A stretch of 64,000 bases of DNA from Octopus bimaculoides (taxonomy: Eukaryota). This document shows, in pieces, positions 60,643 through 64,000 of the stretch. The position numbers were made by a program, and so were the translations under genes. The first letter of the stretch is position 1; each line of letters opens with the position of its first letter. Location: positions 37,078,807-37,142,806 of the forward strand of contig NC_068983.1 of assembly GCF_001194135.2 (NCBI RefSeq). The letters run 5' to 3'. The notes beneath the pieces are model-generated. The model saw nothing but the letters and a program-made list of their open reading frames with translations. It ran no database searches and was not told the origin of the DNA.

Positions 60643-62246
60643 CTTAGAGGTTCTTTCCCTTGCTGGGTTGCAATTCAGTGAAAGAGATTAATAAATAGGC
60701 TCACTCTGGCATTAAGTTTACAGGGATTAGAGAAAAGTTACCTAACAGGTAGATTAATAATGGTTGTAAAGGGCCAATGTTTTCTACTGTCAAGTCTAAA
60801 CACAGCATAAATAGGGTTAATGCTTTACATCCCTTATATGTGCCCAATATAGTGGATACTTTATATTTTAACAAATAGAAGAAAAAAAAAAGACGTACAA
60901 AAAAAGTTTAAATATTTAGGCTATGGGCTCAAAAAACTGAAGCATAAATCGGACGGCATAATTTTCGAGTCATTTTTCAATGAACAGGAAAATACAAATC
61001 AAAAATACTCTTAGAAGTATAGATTATAATAAAAATTTGGGATTAGTGTCTGTGAAATAAACTTTAAAAACATTATTTAGAATATAAAGGATATGGATGA
61101 GGAAAAGTAACTAAGTGGCGCTAACTCGGGGATGAAACAGGTGAGTTTACACGCATGAAAGAGTTCAAAGTGTTCGATAGCAAATCAATAATCTTAAGTC
61201 AAACTGACCCACATTACTACCAATGTGATCTTACAGGCATGGGCACATTTTGGCAGTTGCTTGGGGACCCCATGAGTTTAGGTCACCTATGCTTATTGTG
61301 TGCACGCTACAGTTGTGTATGCAAGGGCCCAATGCAATGGGGAAAGAGCTATAATGTTAAGATGCTCCTGCCTGCAACCTATACAAATTAGAAATGTGTT
61401 TTAAGTCTTAAGGTTTGGATTAAAATTAGGGATGATAAAGAGAATTTATTTAGGGGCAGTGGTGCACAAAGCATTGTCAATGTAACCAGTTACAATAGAC
61501 CACAGGTTGGACTTGGGTCACCATGTAGAGCGGTAAAAAATGCGATGCTCATGGAATGTCTTTGAGCATAGATCTACTCGATCAGAGCTGACCTAGTGCT
61601 AAATAATAACAAATCAGTTACAAAAAAAAAAAAAAAAGGTTTCATAGATTAAGTAAATATAAAATTGTATTATACATAAAATCTGAAATTAGAAACAAGA
61701 ATTGTGATGTTCGTGCCTTTTCCAAAGATTAGAAACCGAAGTTAATTAGAACGGTGCCAACAGGTAAACGAAATGCAAAATCAGTTTGTTGCAAACTGAT
61801 TTACCTTAATAGATTATGGCGCTCACATGAAATTATTTCATACATAAACACTTGTTTAGATGAGGATGACTGGGAAGAAATGACGTTCATACATTTCCTA
61901 AAGAATATTTGCAGTATAAATTGCCATGACTCAGATCTATGAAAACTTAACGACAATTGAGTGCAATTGAGTTACCCTGAATTCTGTTGAGATATGAAAT
62001 GATAAAAGTGGCATGTGTCAACAGCACATAGGTCAAAAAACAACTATAAGTGCAAAACATGTAATGAATAATAGTGGCATCTGGCCCATAATAATGAATG
62101 ATCTAGAAATGTTTACTTTGATTTTGTAGACAAAACTGAGTGTGTTTGAAATAAACACTCAGAATAGTTTATATTAAAATACATCAGTAAGACTGGTATA
62201 ACATTGTAAAAGGCAATCTGAACACAAAATGTAATATACAGTATAA

Positions 62247-62623
62247 AGGAGTGGCTGTGTGGTAAGGAGCTTGCTTACCAACCACATGGTTCTGGGTTCA
62301 GTCCCACCGCGTGGCACCTTGGGCAAGTGCCTTCTACTATAGCCACGGGCCGACCAAAGCCTTGTGAATGGATTTGGTAGACGGAAACTGAAAGAACCCC
62401 GTCGTATATATGTATGTGTGTGTTTGTGTGTCTGTGTTTGTCCCCCCCCCCCAACATCGCTTGACAACCGATGCTGGTGTGTTTACGTCCCCGTAACTTA
62501 GCGGTTCGGTAAGAGACCGATAGAATAAGTACTAGGCTTACAAAGAATAAGTCTTGGGGTCGATTTGCGGTCGACTAAAGGCAGTCAAAAATGACTGAAA
62601 CAGGTAAAAGAGTAAAAGAGTAA
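62247..62623 (+). mobile_element. SINE family 1, CpGs retained
   Basis: Same consensus, with a short deletion near the tail. Confidence 0.9.
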
Positions 62624-62849
62624 TATATGAAGCAATATAAATAAATATATACTTACGGCTGTAGAATCAGTATGTTATAGATCCGTTAGGTGGTTATGTT
62701 TATGGATACATATTGATATAATTGTATTTAAAAAAATGATAAAGAGGTAATAGTGAAATGGTAATTATAATCCGAGAGAATGAGTGTAAAATATCCAGAT
62801 ATTAGCATTTAGTAATATATAAATATTTCCTCAAACTCCAACTGGTTTG

Positions 62850-63450
62850 AAAGATCGAGGCTTGTTTTAAAAGATGGCGTATCCTCCAAGCTGGAAGATC
62901 TTTAAGCAAGCCCACAATTTTCGTATTAAGTTTTTCGGATAGAAGGAAGAAAATTATAGTGTAAAAAAATACTAAACTTTATGTAAAAGATAAATACAAT
63001 TTAAATGAAGAATATATTTGATCGTCCGTGACGGATATGACAAAAATGGTAGAGTTAAATTAATAAGAGGTTGTCGTCGGGACGCACTTCCACCATTAAT
63101 GTTTTCTCTTTGCATGGTATTAGAACGATCGGGGATAGCAGTAGCAACAATGTGTGGGAGTAGCAGACTGGAGAATTGCAGTCAGGTACTTAGATCTACT
63201 CTTCCTTTTCCTCGCTCTATACTAGTCAGCCCGTGCGGCTACACGTGAGGCACTGTTATAGAAAAATAACGAAGCTGCGCATGTGTATTCCAAACACACT
63301 CAGAGGACGGCCTCCAACTAAAAATAGAAAGTTGAATTGAGTAATGTATGGAAGTAAATAATGGCTATAATTCACTCATATTCAGTCAATCTCCGTTTCA
63401 TGTGTTCTTGTTATTGATTTACTATTGCGCATGCGTTTGTGTTATTTTAA
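62850..63450. promoter_or_regulatory. Second CpG-rich promoter-like island
   Basis: AAGATGGCG (YY1-like) at 62871, CACGTG at 63242, and TGCGCATG (NRF1-like) at 63276 and 63426. Many CpGs. Confidence 0.5.
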
Positions 63451-63828
63451 AATAAACATTATTTGTATTTGTTGCAAATTTAAAATTGCAGAATATATTG
63501 AATGCATATGTATATAATATTTTTTCCTCTCTTTAATTTTCATTACCATAACTGTAATTAGTTAAAAAAATGTAATTTAGTTTTCACTACTACTCGCTCA
63601 AGCTAATCACCTTTACCATGACTTTCGAAGGCTCTCCCACGCTTAGCAGTACACATTTATTTTTAATTGCTCCTCGGAAGCCAATGCTCTGTGGTTTGGC
63701 TTTTAAATATGCAATGTTGAGAATATTCATTTTTGTTGTTTGCCCATGAGGGTGATATTCATGTATTCTTAATGACCAAGCAAATTCAACATCAGTTACG
63801 TACAAGCAACAGAAATGACACTCTTAGA

Positions 63829-63859
<31 letters not shown>

Positions 63860-64000
63860 ATATGACCTAGGGCTAGGGTGCTGGGCTCACGATCACACAG
63901 TTGTAGGTGGTATTGTCTTAAAGCAGGAGCACACGACAGTTGCCCAGGGATCCCACAGGTCTCAGAGCCTAATTATTATCAATGTTTGCTACGACTTGTT

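Noticed and set aside
62247-62320. tRNA-like sequences
   Set aside because: These are SINE heads followed by core and tail, with no complete cloverleaf.
63590-63805. 71-aa minus-strand ORF with protein-like composition
   Set aside because: No good acceptor, no ATG start and no motif I recognise. A BLASTx hit would change this.

Overview
AT-rich animal genomic DNA with six N gaps and dense microsatellites and SINEs. The repeat content suggests an octopus or other coleoid cephalopod; this is inference. Most of the window is one multi-exon gene on the minus strand, the circadian clock gene period (per). I reconstructed 17 coding exons by hand between 508 and 21500, all with GT-AG sites and matching phases. 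The one exception is the 5' part of the PAS-B/PAC exon, which is hidden in the N gap at 11341-11562. The exons encode a TSGCSS degron-like motif, a helix-loop-helix-like segment, PAS-A, PAS-B/PAC, both CK1/DBT-binding motifs and a Q/N-rich tail. Two further upstream exons (34858-34936 and 29813-29956) each carry a good-context ATG and end in the same phase, suggesting alternative N-termini. A CpG-rich region at about 57.3-58.2 kb looks like the per promoter, and a second promoter-like island lies at about 62.9-63.45 kb. Introns contain tRNA-derived SINEs, RTE-tail elements, an RTE RT fragment, a mariner remnant, hAT- and piggyBac-type MITEs, hairpins and a 19-bp minisatellite. The best leads are a NAGNAG acceptor that toggles the last Ser of the degron, the two-start-exon/poison-exon arrangement, and inverted repeats that could form dsRNA. 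No rRNA, true tRNA or CRISPR was found. Repeat boundaries are approximate, and all homology calls come from recalled motifs, not database searches.
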